Made by a program: the position numbers and the translations under genes. This document shows, one piece after another, positions 1 through 10,200 of a DNA stretch of 45,789 nucleotides (position 1 is its first letter; each line of letters opens with the position of its first letter). This DNA is from Octopus bimaculoides (lineage: Eukaryota), in NCBI RefSeq assembly GCF_001194135.2, contig NC_068983.1:31322682-31368470 (forward strand). The letters are read 5' to 3'. The notes under the pieces were generated by a model. It ran no database searches and had not been told where the DNA came from. It saw nothing but the letters and a program-made list of their open reading frames with translations.

Positions 1-169
1 TAGGGCCGAAACTGCCCCTGGGGGTCAATTCCTGCCCTTGAAAATACACACAAATGAAGCCTAGGTGCTTCGCAAAAAAATTATTTAAAAATTCCAACAA
101 AATGTGGACAATAAAAGGCCAAATAAACGTTTACCTTCGCAGCCGATGTGACAGCACGTCCGTGAGAAG

Positions 170-170
<1 letters not shown>

Positions 171-256
<86 letters not shown>
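171..256. repeat. (GATA)n microsatellite
   Basis: Uninterrupted GATA tetranucleotide array. Confidence 0.97.
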
Positions 257-257
<1 letters not shown>

Positions 258-556
258 GTGTGTATTACTGAGGAAGATTTTGCGCTAGAGATAAAATTCC
301 CGTCTTATCTATTGCGCAGTTATCTAAAACGTACGTATAGAAACAGTCAACATTACTTGGTTTTATATATTTCATAAATCTATAACAATACAAACTAACG
401 AGTCCCAATGCAAATCACACAAATACTATAACTAGGATTTGGAGTGGCATGTTTATCCGACGCGAGTCGGAAATTCTGGTAATGTGCATCGCTTCTAAGC
501 ATGACGCGAAATATGTATGCATGTATGTATGTATGTATCTATTTATTTAACTTTAT

Positions 557-611
<55 letters not shown>

Positions 612-912
612 CATGTGATCATGTGTGCACCAAACCACACGTGTGCGTATGCTTATATTTTCGTGGATGCTTGTACGAACGAATGTTCACTCGCCATGCA
701 GTTTGCGCGAGGGCGTTTATACATCTTTATCTGTTAACGATTATTTTCAATACTTTTCTTGCTGTATTGCGTGTTCGTTTCGTTTTTACATCTGTGATTT
801 GATTTGATTTTTGATCTTCTATTTATATGAAGATATATCCTTTGTTTTGCTAATTTTCTTTCTACAAAATGAGAAGATACATAGCGGAACTGTTATCTTT
901 ACAAGTTATATC

Positions 913-1027
913 TGTTTATTACCTGATGAGACACATCTGCACCGCTGGATGCTTCTGAATCAGTCGTTAAGTGTCTCACCCGTAGGGATCGATGCTAGAT
1001 GTGTCGAAACAAATGTCGTGATTAATA
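913..1027 (+). ncRNA. Type I hammerhead ribozyme motif with extended (76-nt) stem II
   Basis: CTGATGA core 923-929; stem II GACACATCT 930-938 / AGATGTGTC 997-1005 (9 perfect bp); GAAA 1006-1009; stem III ACA-aa-TGT 1009-1016; GTC cleavage triplet (C1017); stem I 913-922 pairs with 1018-1027 (9 of 10 positions, incl. two G-U). Confidence 0.8.
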
Positions 1028-1064
1028 AAAACTCGAAAATTCCATCTTCCGCTTTTCATTTACC

Positions 1065-1101
<37 letters not shown>

Positions 1102-1131
1102 CGTGCGTGCGTACTTGTGTATGTAGTGGGG

Positions 1132-1460
1132 GGAGGCGCATGGCTCAGTGGTTAGAGCGTCGAGCTTACGATCGTGAGGTTGTGAGTTTGAATCCCGGAC
1201 CGGGCTGCGTGTTTTGTTCTTGAGCAAGACACTTTATTTCACGTTGCTCCAGTTCACTCAGCTGTGGAAATGAGTTGCGACGTCACAGGTGCCAAGCTGT
1301 ATCCGCCTTTGCCTTTCCCTTGGATAATACTGGTGGTGTGGAGAGGGGAGGCCGGTATACATGATCGACTGCTGATTTTCCATAAACAACCTTGCCCGGA
1401 CTTGTGCCTAGGAGGGAACATTTTAGGTGCAACCCCATGATCAGGACCGAAGGAGGTCTC
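1132..1460 (+). mobile_element. tRNA-derived SINE
   Basis: A-box-like TGGCTCAGTGG, B-box-like GTTTGAATCCC, then a central block TTGAGCAAGACACTTTATTTCACGTTGCTCCAGTTCACTCAGCTG shared with the copy at 21565-21868. Confidence 0.85.
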
Positions 1461-2055
1461 AGCGATATGTATATACATTTATTTTCGTTTAAAAATATGG
1501 TGTATGAAATTATAAGATAAAAGGAAATAAATTTGATGGGTGAACAAGCCCCTACATTCTATATCGTTTTAATTATTGCAAAAATTCACTCCTGAAATTA
1601 TTTACCGTCCAGGGAAGCGAAAACGGAATTACCCATCGGAGGAATTTACAGCGTTATAACTCATAGTCGTCACAGACGTTAAAGACTAATAAATGCAGGT
1701 AGCTGTAACCTGGAATATAACTGTGAGCCACCATGGTACCGCCTGGATAATATATCCTTCTAAACTCTCTCTCTCATATACGCGCGCGCGCGCAGGCACA
1801 CAGATATATGTGTGTGTGTGTATAATGATTATATTGATATGTTCCTTGTCTTGGTGTATTTATTGTGTGTGTGTATTTATTTTGTTGATGTAAATCATAA
1901 CTATAGGATGATTATCTATATTTTGTCTCTTCTTAAACCTAGTTATATATGTTGTATTTGAGGATGGTCATGTTGCCAGTTTAGCCAATAAAAACACACG
2001 CACTATATATTTGGTGTTAATTTGCTTCAGCTTTATTTTACATTAATCGTATTTC

Positions 2056-2100
2056 GGCCAGAGTTCTTTCGTTACACTTCTGTATCTTCATCAGTGGACC
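2056..2100 (-). ncRNA. Minimal type I hammerhead ribozyme motif downstream of the Penelope-like ORF
   Basis: Minus strand reads GGTCCA-CTGATGA-A-GATAC-agaagt-GTAAC-GAAA-GAAC-TC-TGGCC: core, 5-bp stem II with one mismatch, very short stem III, CTC cleavage triplet, stem I cca/tgg plus one further G-C pair. Confidence 0.6.
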
Positions 2101-2565
2101 TTTGCTTTCTTCTTTCTTATTTGTGTGTCTTTCCTTTGGTCCTTTGCTTTCTTCTTTCTTATTTGTGTATCTTTCCTTACTAACGACCAGCCGTTTTGTA
2201 TTCCTATTGTATGTGTCTTTATTTGCGCATGCGTATACCCTTATGTGTGTCTATGTTTAGTGAGTGCATGTGTGTGTGTATGGAGAGTGCCTTTTTTATC
2301 TGTATCCTTTGTTTATACACGTTCGCTTAATTTGTTTTTATTTATTTGTTCATGTGTTTATACCTACTTATTTTTTCTATTCTTTCTTTTTTTTGTATTT
2401 AATTTTATTTTATTTTGTTAACGTATATAGTTATTTAATTCCATTTGTTTATCTGTGTATTGTATTATATGTTGTCCATATTGTTATCAGTTTATGGGGA
2501 TCTTATTCTGTCATATGTTGTGGTGTGTTAGGGGTATGTGCTTGTGTTCCATTCCAGTTTCCCAT

Positions 2566-2979
2566 TCAGGCTAGGTTTATTATGTGTGTAGCTTCTGTAA
2601 CTTGTCTAAGCGTTGCGTCTGTTCTATGTGTAGACAAGATTTTAACTTCTATGCTGTTGAGTGAGGCCCCGTGTTCCTGCTCGGCGTGCTGGTACAGAAC
2701 CGATGAGCTCTTCTCTTCCTTAAGTTCCCTCCAGTGCCCATTTACTCGCTCTCCTATGCTCCGGGCTGTTTTCTCTATATACGTCGTTGTCTTGTTACTG
2801 CATCGTCCCTCTGTACATCTTATACTATAAACTACATTTATGGTCTTACAGTTTTTCTGTGGGCTAAATCTACATACAGTACAGTTCCTATCAGTACAGG
2901 GGGTTCTACTGAAAGGGTAGGTTCTACCGATTAGGGATTTGATAGGGTTGCCTGGCTTTTCAACAACCCTAATTCTTAG
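2566..2979 (-). pseudogene. GIY-YIG endonuclease domain of the Penelope-like element (absent from the ORF track)
   Basis: Manual translation gives 137 open codons: LRIRVVEKPG...PCTDRNCTVC...NCKTINVVYSIRCTEGRC...TYIEKTARSIGERVNGH...VLYQHAEQEH...TLRQVTEA. It is frameshifted relative to ORF 2990..3403. Confidence 0.85.
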
Positions 2980-2989
2980 CTAAAGTTTT

Positions 2990-3756
2990 CTAGGTCCTTC
3001 TAAAGCAGTACGCCAGTTTGCCTCTTGGGGTGGTGTCGACGAACATGACACTCTGGTATTTGTGGCTATCATACCATGAGTTGGCCTTCCCTATTTTCTT
3101 CTTACTCCTTTCAATGGTGTTCCATGACTTGCTCCTATAAAGTCGGCAAATTCCATTCCTATCGTTACGCTTGATAGTTTCAAATTTCCTCATAGCTCCT
3201 TTGTATACTCTGATCCTTTCTTTATGGCTGTAACCTGAGAACTGCATGCGGTAAACGAAATGTTGCATGTGTCTCTTTAACACTGTGGGGTCGCACATGC
3301 GGAACACATTTCGCATTACTATGACGAGGTCTGTCATCAATATATTGAATTTGGCATTGTCCACGATAGCTGAGTTCCGGTGGACCAGGTATTTGGAGGC
3401 CATAGGTTTTGTATAGTGTGAATGGAGGATTCTGGTTTTATTATCCTCAGTTTCCAGTCAGAGTTCTGTATCTAGTACTGGTAGTCCATGGTTAGGGTGT
3501 TTAGTAGGGTAGTCTATCGTGACATTAATACTCTGGTGGATGGAGTTAGCTATTTGCTGGATGCTCTCCATAGTATTAGTTTCTATTTCTATTTCAAGAG
3601 TACTCTCTTGTGGGGGGTGCCTTCACCACTACGTTGATATCATCGACATAGCGAGAGTACATGTCCACGAGTATTGAGTTCTGTGTCAGGCGTTCCTTAA
3701 GCCTTCTGTCCCACCATGCCATGAAAAGGTTGGCCACATCACCGGCGATACTAACG
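2990..3756 (-). pseudogene. Penelope-like reverse transcriptase, C-terminal half
   Basis: YVDD motif in ORF 3594..3875; frameshift near 3597; in-frame TGA at 3458-3460; continues into ORF 2990..3403. Confidence 0.85.
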
Positions 3757-3804
3757 TTAGTATATATATATATATATACATACGTATACATGTGTGTGTT
3801 TGTG

Positions 3805-4062
3805 TGTAAAGACATATACAAGTTTCGTGAAGGTGTGAAGTGCTGTCTTTGTGGAATCCTGGCAGAAAATGTCACCTACATAGCAATGGCACGCAAAACG
3901 CTGACTCAGAATGAGGATAAAAGAAAGAAGTATTGTACTTTCTCAGATCATTTGTAAGAAATTATGAGTAAGTGAAGTTCTTGAGTATCTTACGATTGTT
4001 TCTATCATCAAGGACATTTTCTGGAACACACTGAAGAAACGTAGCGAAATTATAATAATGAT
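3805..4062 (+). mobile_element. Possible second, highly degraded Penelope-like 3' fragment
   Basis: DIYKF...CCLCG...TYIAMARKTLTQ resembles GIY-YIG YIGMT..L motifs. It is followed by CTGAAGA-n8-GAAA-TTATAAT-A, a minimal hammerhead-like motif. Confidence 0.3.
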
Positions 4063-4326
4063 GACAATCAATTTCTTTCCTTCTTTCAAGAAATCGAAAT
4101 GTGTATTCATTATCAATTAATGCTATTTACCTGTGTGTTGCAAATTATTCCCCAGCATGGCCACAACCTCTGCTGAAACCAATAAAACAATAAAATAATA
4201 TATAAAAATTGACCTCCTTTGTAGAAAACGCCTCGACCATTTTCGTATCTGCATTTTTTTCAGTTCATTTAATGTAAATTAATGGATGTAATAATAAACA
4301 AGAAACAGAAATCATCATATAACAAT

Positions 4327-4372
<46 letters not shown>
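4327..4372. repeat. (ATC)n microsatellite
   Basis: Pure trinucleotide array; source of the poly-M and poly-D ORF artefacts. Confidence 0.95.
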
Positions 4373-5527
4373 CTGTTGTCGTCGACTTCAACAACAGGAA
4401 AAAAACCCAATAAACTATCCAAAAGGCCAACAACAATAACGAGAACAAAGACGAAAACATACCATATAGGCAATATTTTATTTCCTCGAATAGTAAGCAA
4501 TTACAAACCACTCAAAAAAGAAAATAGCGAATTTATGCTGTATCTATTTATTGCAAGTTATTACCATCCCCATTAAATGCAATTAAATTTTGTTTTAAAT
4601 TAAAGAATAATTGAATTATTCATGTTTCATTATTGTAATTAGAATCGAAGGCACCACTTTTAAGATTAATAATTCTCTGACTGTTCTAAACCCCACTACT
4701 ACCACCACCACCATTTGAGAAAAACTTAAGAAAGAGAAGATGGAAGTTGAAAATCAAAAACTAACATCAAATAAAAACACTTCGAAACAAATGTAAAAGA
4801 GGAACAAAAAGTATGGAATGCATAGAGATATCCTTTATAAAACCAGTAATGGCTAATCTTTTGTTTTCTGTTGAAATTATTGTTTTTGATAAAGCTACCG
4901 TTTGTGTTGATATTGTTATTTTTGGATACTGTTGTTTTTGATTGCTTAGTAGCTGCTGCTACTGACGTTGCTGCTGTTGTTGTAGCTGCCACTGCTGCTG
5001 CTGCTTCGTAGTGTTTCTTCTGCCAAGTCTTAGTAGACTGGTGCTTAAGCAACCGTAGTCTGCCAACAGTTCCTGTTCAGCTATGTTTCTCTTTCAATTA
5101 GCTTTAAGGAAATTCAAACAAGCTATCTAGCTAGAAGGTCGTCCACCATATTTACTTAGAACTTAGGAAAGCCGAGTAAAATAACGGGATCTTAGAAGAT
5201 TAAGTAGAGAAGATGCTTTTGGTAAAAAAAGCAAAACAAAACAAAACCATTTATATATCCAGTAAGAAAGATATATATACACCAGTCGCAAATGAATAGA
5301 TGTAACATAGGTATATACATATACTTACGCGTACATACATACACACAGGTACACACACATACACACACACACACACACATGTTTACAAACATACAAAATA
5401 CTCATAGATACTCTAATGTATAGCCACTTTTATATGCATAGGTTTATTTTATGTGCATGTATGTATGTATGTATGTATGTATCCAAGTGGTGATAACTCA
5501 TATACAGATTAAACACACTTTGTAAAG

Positions 5528-5745
5528 TACGAGGGAGTACCCAAAAGGAACCGGAATTTTGTAATATTATTTTATTCACTTAGTTTTACATTTTTACACT
5601 TTTACCGCCTTCAAAGTATTCTCCATTTAAAGTAATACATCGGTCCAGGCGCTTTTTCGACTGTTCGAAGCAATCCTGGAACCTTTGCGAAGTGATGCGC
5701 TTTAACGAATCCGTCGTTTTTATTGTTTCAAATATTCCTCTATCG
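5528..5745 (-). mobile_element. Mariner transposon 3' end fragment
   Basis: TA followed by TIR-like CGAGGGAGTACCCAAAAGGAACCGGAAT at 5530; minus-strand translation LKRITSQRFQDCFEQSKKRLDRCITLNGEYFEG matches mariner transposase C-termini. Confidence 0.8.
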
Positions 5746-6062
5746 AAGGAGTTGCTTTCTAGCAAACATAGAAACCTCTATCATTGGAATTTAGACAATA
5801 CTATCTGTATAGAGTTATTTATGCATATATGTGTGTATGTATATGCGAGCGTGCTTGTTCGTGCGAGTCCATATTTGTACTCACACACTGTTTTGCATTT
5901 GTATGTGCATTATGAACGTATTTTTCGCTTGTATATCAGCTATGTGCGTATTGACATGCAAGTATGTTATTGCGAACATGGTTATGTATGTTTAACTTAT
6001 TCAGATGAGTGCGTGCATGTGTGTGTGTATGTATGTGTTTGTGTGTGTGTGTGTCTGTGTGT

Positions 6063-6094
<32 letters not shown>

Positions 6095-6258
6095 ATAGTA
6101 ATATTTTTTGCCACTACAAGGTGGCTGTTCTATACCAAACTATGTTAGTACATTTTAACCCCAGGAAATATCTCTTCCAGCTGGTTAACGATACACAACT
6201 TGCGTCTAATATATTGTGTGTAAGGGAGCATATCGCTCTCCTCCAGCTTGGCCAGACC

Positions 6259-6756
6259 NNNNNNNNNNNNNNNNNNNNNNNNNNNNNNNNNNNNNNNNNN
6301 NNNNNNNNNNNNNNNNNNNNNNNNNNNNNNNNNNNNNNNNNNNNNNNNNNNNNNNNNNNNNNNNNNNNNNNNNNNNNNNNNNNNNNNNNNNNNNNNNNNN
6401 NNNNNNNNNNNNNNNNNNNNNNNNNNNNNNNNNNNNNNNNNNNNNNNNNNNNNNNNNNNNNNNNNNNNNNNNNNNNNNNNNNNNNNNNNNNNNNNNNNNN
6501 NNNNNNNNNNNNNNNNNNNNNNNNNNNNNNNNNNNNNNNNNNNNNNNNNNNNNNNNNNNNNNNNNNNNNNNNNNNNNNNNNNNNNNNNNNNNNNNNNNNN
6601 NNNNNNNNNNNNNNNNNNNNNNNNNNNNNNNNNNNNNNNNNNNNNNNNNNNNNNNNNNNNNNNNNNNNNNNNNNNNNNNNNNNNNNNNNNNNNNNNNNNN
6701 NNNNNNNNNNNNNNNNNNNNNNNNNNNNNNNNNNNNNNNNNNNNNNNNNNNNNNNN
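6259..6756. other. Assembly gap (others at 12365-12374, 19702-19990, 23445-23454, 24520-24914, 45348-45357)
   Basis: Runs of N. Confidence 1.
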
Positions 6757-6841
6757 CTTTGTGTCGTCTATCTGTATGTTTTGTACCTTTCTTGTATCAC
6801 CTAACTGTCTGGATATTTTGCGTTCTGTCCCATTCTATATT

Positions 6842-6890
<49 letters not shown>

Positions 6891-6894
<4 letters not shown>

Positions 6895-7752
6895 GGTCAT
6901 CTCAAAAGTAAGATATTCAAAGCGCTGGGGACGCAGAAAAACTGTGTGCGCCTCTGTTGTGCATACGCCTGCGCCTACCTCTGCGCGCGCCTCGCTGCCA
7001 CGTTCAATCTTGGCTTGGCAATCGTATCTGATGGACCTCCCAATTGACGCTTCCGCCAATTCGCGCAGTTATTCGATTTTTGAACGTAAAAGGCATTAAA
7101 CCGATTGAAATTCATCGCCAATTAACAGAAGTGTATGGCGAGTCGTGCATAGATGTCAAAAACGTCCGCAAGTTGTGTAGGAAGTTTGCAGCTGGTCGTA
7201 TTGAAATTAATGACGAAGAAAGAAGCGGGAGACCATCAATTTCCGACGAGACATTTGCGAAGGTTAAGCAAATCCTGCGTGCAAATCGGCGGATCACTCT
7301 GGATGATCTCTGCATTTTGGTTCCTGAGGTTTCCAGAAGCACCATTCATAGGGCTTTGAGTGTAAAGTTGCAATATTGGAAAGTGTCCGCAAGATGGGTC
7401 CCACGAATACTCACAGAAGACCATAAACGGTAACCCACCTTATAGTCTGGACTTGGTACCTAGTGACGACCACCTGTTCCCTAACTTAGGGAACAGGTGG
7501 TCGGAACGCGCTTCAGCAACGACGACGAGGTGAAAGATGAGATTCAACGCTTCCTCAACGACATGGCGGTGAGCTGGTATGACATGAGCATGCCAACACT
7601 GCCCCAGAGCCTAGAAAAATGCATCGACCGAAATGGCGATTGTGTAGAAAAATAGATAAATGTTCAAACTTTAAAATGATGTAAACATCATTGACAAATG
7701 TTTCTGTGATTTCTAAATAATTTTGGAGACCTTACTTTTGGGATTACCCTGG
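6891..7752 (+). mobile_element. Internally deleted mariner element with both TIRs, inserted in (TA)n
   Basis: Left TIR TGAGGGTCATCTCAAAAGTAAG; right TIR (reverse complement) CCAGGGTAATCCCAAAAGTAAG; TA on both sides (6889-6890, 7753-7754). Confidence 0.9.
7031..7655 (+). pseudogene. Mariner transposase pseudogene lacking most of the catalytic domain
   Basis: N-terminal HTH region (IRAVIRFL, RSGRPS) and WVPR motif, then an abrupt jump near 7433 to PPYSLDLVPSDDHLF (YSPDLAPSD motif) and C-terminal KCIDRNGDCVEK*. Confidence 0.9.
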
Positions 7753-8374
7753 TATATATATATGTACTTGTGCATGTGTTTAAGTAGACATACTATAGGC
7801 ATTTTTTTTTCTTTGGTATATGTAGTGATTTGAATACTCTCACTCAATCTATTTCGTTTTTATACGGATAACATATGTAAGATCAACTTATTGAAAACTA
7901 AAAGAAGAGCCAGTTTTCCAGTACTCATCCCTTAAAAAGCAGTAAGCAGAATGACTAGTACTAACCAAAAACCTAACTATATATCTGCGACGAAATTGAA
8001 CTCACGATCAGTAAAATGAAAACCCTCTGAAAGTTCAATTCAATCACATTATTCTACTTGTTCCTTTCTGCTTGTGAATCTACTCACGCACGTAACAATA
8101 TGTTCCATTCAAATACATACATTTACTACGATACAGCCACATTATTTAATCCCATTATAAAGGTATTTTTAAACTACTGCATTGTTCCTTATCTATTAAG
8201 CAATTCAGTTAGAATGACACGGTAAGTTTCTGGCGATTCTATGCAAGACCTAGTTTCAGTTCCTGGTTTCTTCACTCTCCTTACGCTTCGAATACAATAT
8301 CTATTTCATATAAACTTCACAATATTTCACATCTAATATCGAACAGTGTATCAAGTCAAATAACACAAATAAGT

Positions 8375-8960
8375 ACAAGGCCACAAATTTTGGAGGCGGA
8401 TATAGTCAATTAGGTTAACGTGAATTTTTCACATGTATTTAATCGATTTCAGGTGGAAAGGCAAATTCGACTTATCTGAGATTTGGACTCTAAAAGTAAA
8501 TATGACATGAATAAAAACAGCAAATCATTTTCTCCGACGCTCTACTGGTTTTTATATCCATTGCCTTCCTCACAGTTGTGATCGTTTCAGAATTTAGCAT
8601 AAGGCCAACAATCTTTTAGAGTCGATTACATTGATACCAGTGTTCAACTGGTACTTATTTCATCGACTCCGAAAGGAAACAGACAAAGACGACCTCGGCC
8701 GAATTTGAACTCAGAACTTAATGATATCGGAAGATAAGCCACTAAGCATTTTGTTTGATGCGCTAACGATTCTGTCATTTCGCCGCCTAAATAGATATAA
8801 GGCCAGTAGTTATATGGGGGAGGTGGTTAGTCGATGCCATCGACTCCAGTACTGAATCAGTACTTTATCGTCTCCTGCGGGATGAAAGACAAAGTTTACC
8901 TCGTCTGCGTTAGAACTAAGAACGTACGAAACCGAGGAAAATAACGTAAGGCTGCCCGAC
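8375..8960 (-). mobile_element. Three adjacent degenerate copies of a tRNA-derived SINE
   Basis: Repeated ATCGACTCC...GAAAG...AAAGNCGACCTCGGC.GAATTTGAACTCAGAAC blocks; reverse complement gives GGCGGCGAA..GACAGAATCGTTAGCG head and GAGTTCAAATTC B box. Confidence 0.75.
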
Positions 8961-8974
8961 AATTTTAATAATTA

Positions 8975-9859
8975 CGGATATTTTCCTTTTGGCTGGCACA
9001 TAGAAAAAATAATTTTCGTATACTGGTAGAATGTGTCATTTAAAACATCATTTACTCTTGGCGTTTTTAAGAAAATTGTTTATTTTCGAAGTTGTTTCGT
9101 GTTAAAGTTGTGTTTCGGTAATTTCAACCAATCAATGACGTCTATTGAGGTGAAAACAATTATTGCTGTGGTATATCAATAAGACGTTCCGGCGGTGTAT
9201 ATTTAGTTTGTCACTGTTATTTCTGATATATTTACATTTGAGATACACGTGTGTATAGTTTAATCAATTCAGTTATTAGTTATTTTTAAATTTTTTTCAC
9301 TTTATTTTGTTTGTGAAAGTATTTTCGCTTTGTTTTAGCGTTTTCGAAATTGCCTATTTTGGGATCTTTTCCCTTGAATATAATTACTGCCGTTGTTTGT
9401 CATCAACAACTATCGGCGGTATATATTTCGTTTGTTACTGTTATTTATAACATCGTTCGTGCGTTTGTACTGGTTTTAGCTTTAGGGTTTTACGATTAGG
9501 GTTTGTGTTTTAGAGTTAGAGTTTTCAGGTTAGGGTTGGGGTTTTAGGATTAGGGTTAGGATTTTAAGGTTAGAGCTACGGAAAATTGTGGAAAATGAAG
9601 AAATTAGAGGGGGAGGGGGGCAAAAATGTCTTTCCGAAAATAGTAGCTGAAAAAAACCTTAATAGACGTCATTGATTGGTTGAAATTATCGAAATACGAC
9701 AACTTTAACACGAAATAACTTCGAAAATACACAATTTTCTCAAAAACGCCAAGAGTAAATGATGTTTTATGTGACACATTCTACCAGTATACGAATTTTG
9801 AAAGTGTTTAGTTACAAAAAGTTATTTTTTAAATGTCCCGGCCAAAGGGAAAAGACCCA
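8975..9859. mobile_element. Non-autonomous foldback element (MITE-like) with ~200-bp terminal inverted repeats
   Basis: 8975-9172 is the reverse complement of 9656-9859 (e.g. TTTCAACCAATCAATGACGTCTATT / AATAGACGTCATTGATTGGTTGAAA); TAATTA flanks both ends; no ORF. Confidence 0.85.
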
Positions 9860-9865
9860 TAATTA

Positions 9866-10200
9866 CTTCTAGCATAGGCAAAAGACCTGAAATTTTGAAG
9901 GGATTACGTGATTATATCGATTCAAGTACTTAACTAATAATTTACTTTATATACCATGGAGGTGGTGGGGAGGCAAAGGTGAATTCGGTGTGATTTGAAC
10001 ACCAGTTGTAAACAGCTAAAACAAATACATCGAGGAATTTTGTTCAATGCTCTGACAGACACATCTCAAGTCTTTGAAAGGATAATAAGGAACATAGCTC
10101 TCCCAATACTTTACCAATTCTCTGGCAACTATTGACTCCGGAAAGTGAAAATAGAACATAGACTTTGGTGTAATTTGAACCTCGAAACTAAACAGGCGTA
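9866..10200 (-). mobile_element. Two further degenerate copies of the same SINE family
   Basis: AGCATAGGCAAAAGACCTGAAATTTTG tail, GGCAAAGGTGAATTCGGTGTGATTTGAAC and GACTTTGGTGTAATTTGAAC blocks. Confidence 0.65.

Larger units (their letters stand above)
1925..3760 (-). mobile_element. 5'-truncated Penelope-like retroelement (RT + C-terminal GIY-YIG, Naiad-like)
   Basis: RT motifs SIAGDVANLFMAWWD and MYSRYVDDI, then IANSIHQSINVTIDYP and LPVLD, thumb region to FVDTTPRGKLA, then a Cys-rich linker and GIY-YIG. An A-rich 3' region and a hammerhead motif follow. Confidence 0.85.

Noticed and set aside
456-480. TCCGAC-GCGA-GTCGGA hairpin followed by CTGG-T as a Helitron 3' end
   Set aside because: The spacer to CTRR is only about 4-5 nt, shorter than typical, and no 5' TC end or Rep/helicase remnant was identified.
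3458-3460. In-frame TGA in the PLE as a selenocysteine codon (some Naiads are reported to encode selenoproteins)
   Set aside because: It sits where Trp is expected (LPVLDTEL-W), one substitution from TGG. The copy also has frameshifts, and I saw no SECIS.
4726-5052. 108-aa Ala/Thr/Asn-rich ORF
   Set aside because: Built from (GCT)/(GTT) low-complexity repeats; no domain and no clear splice signals.
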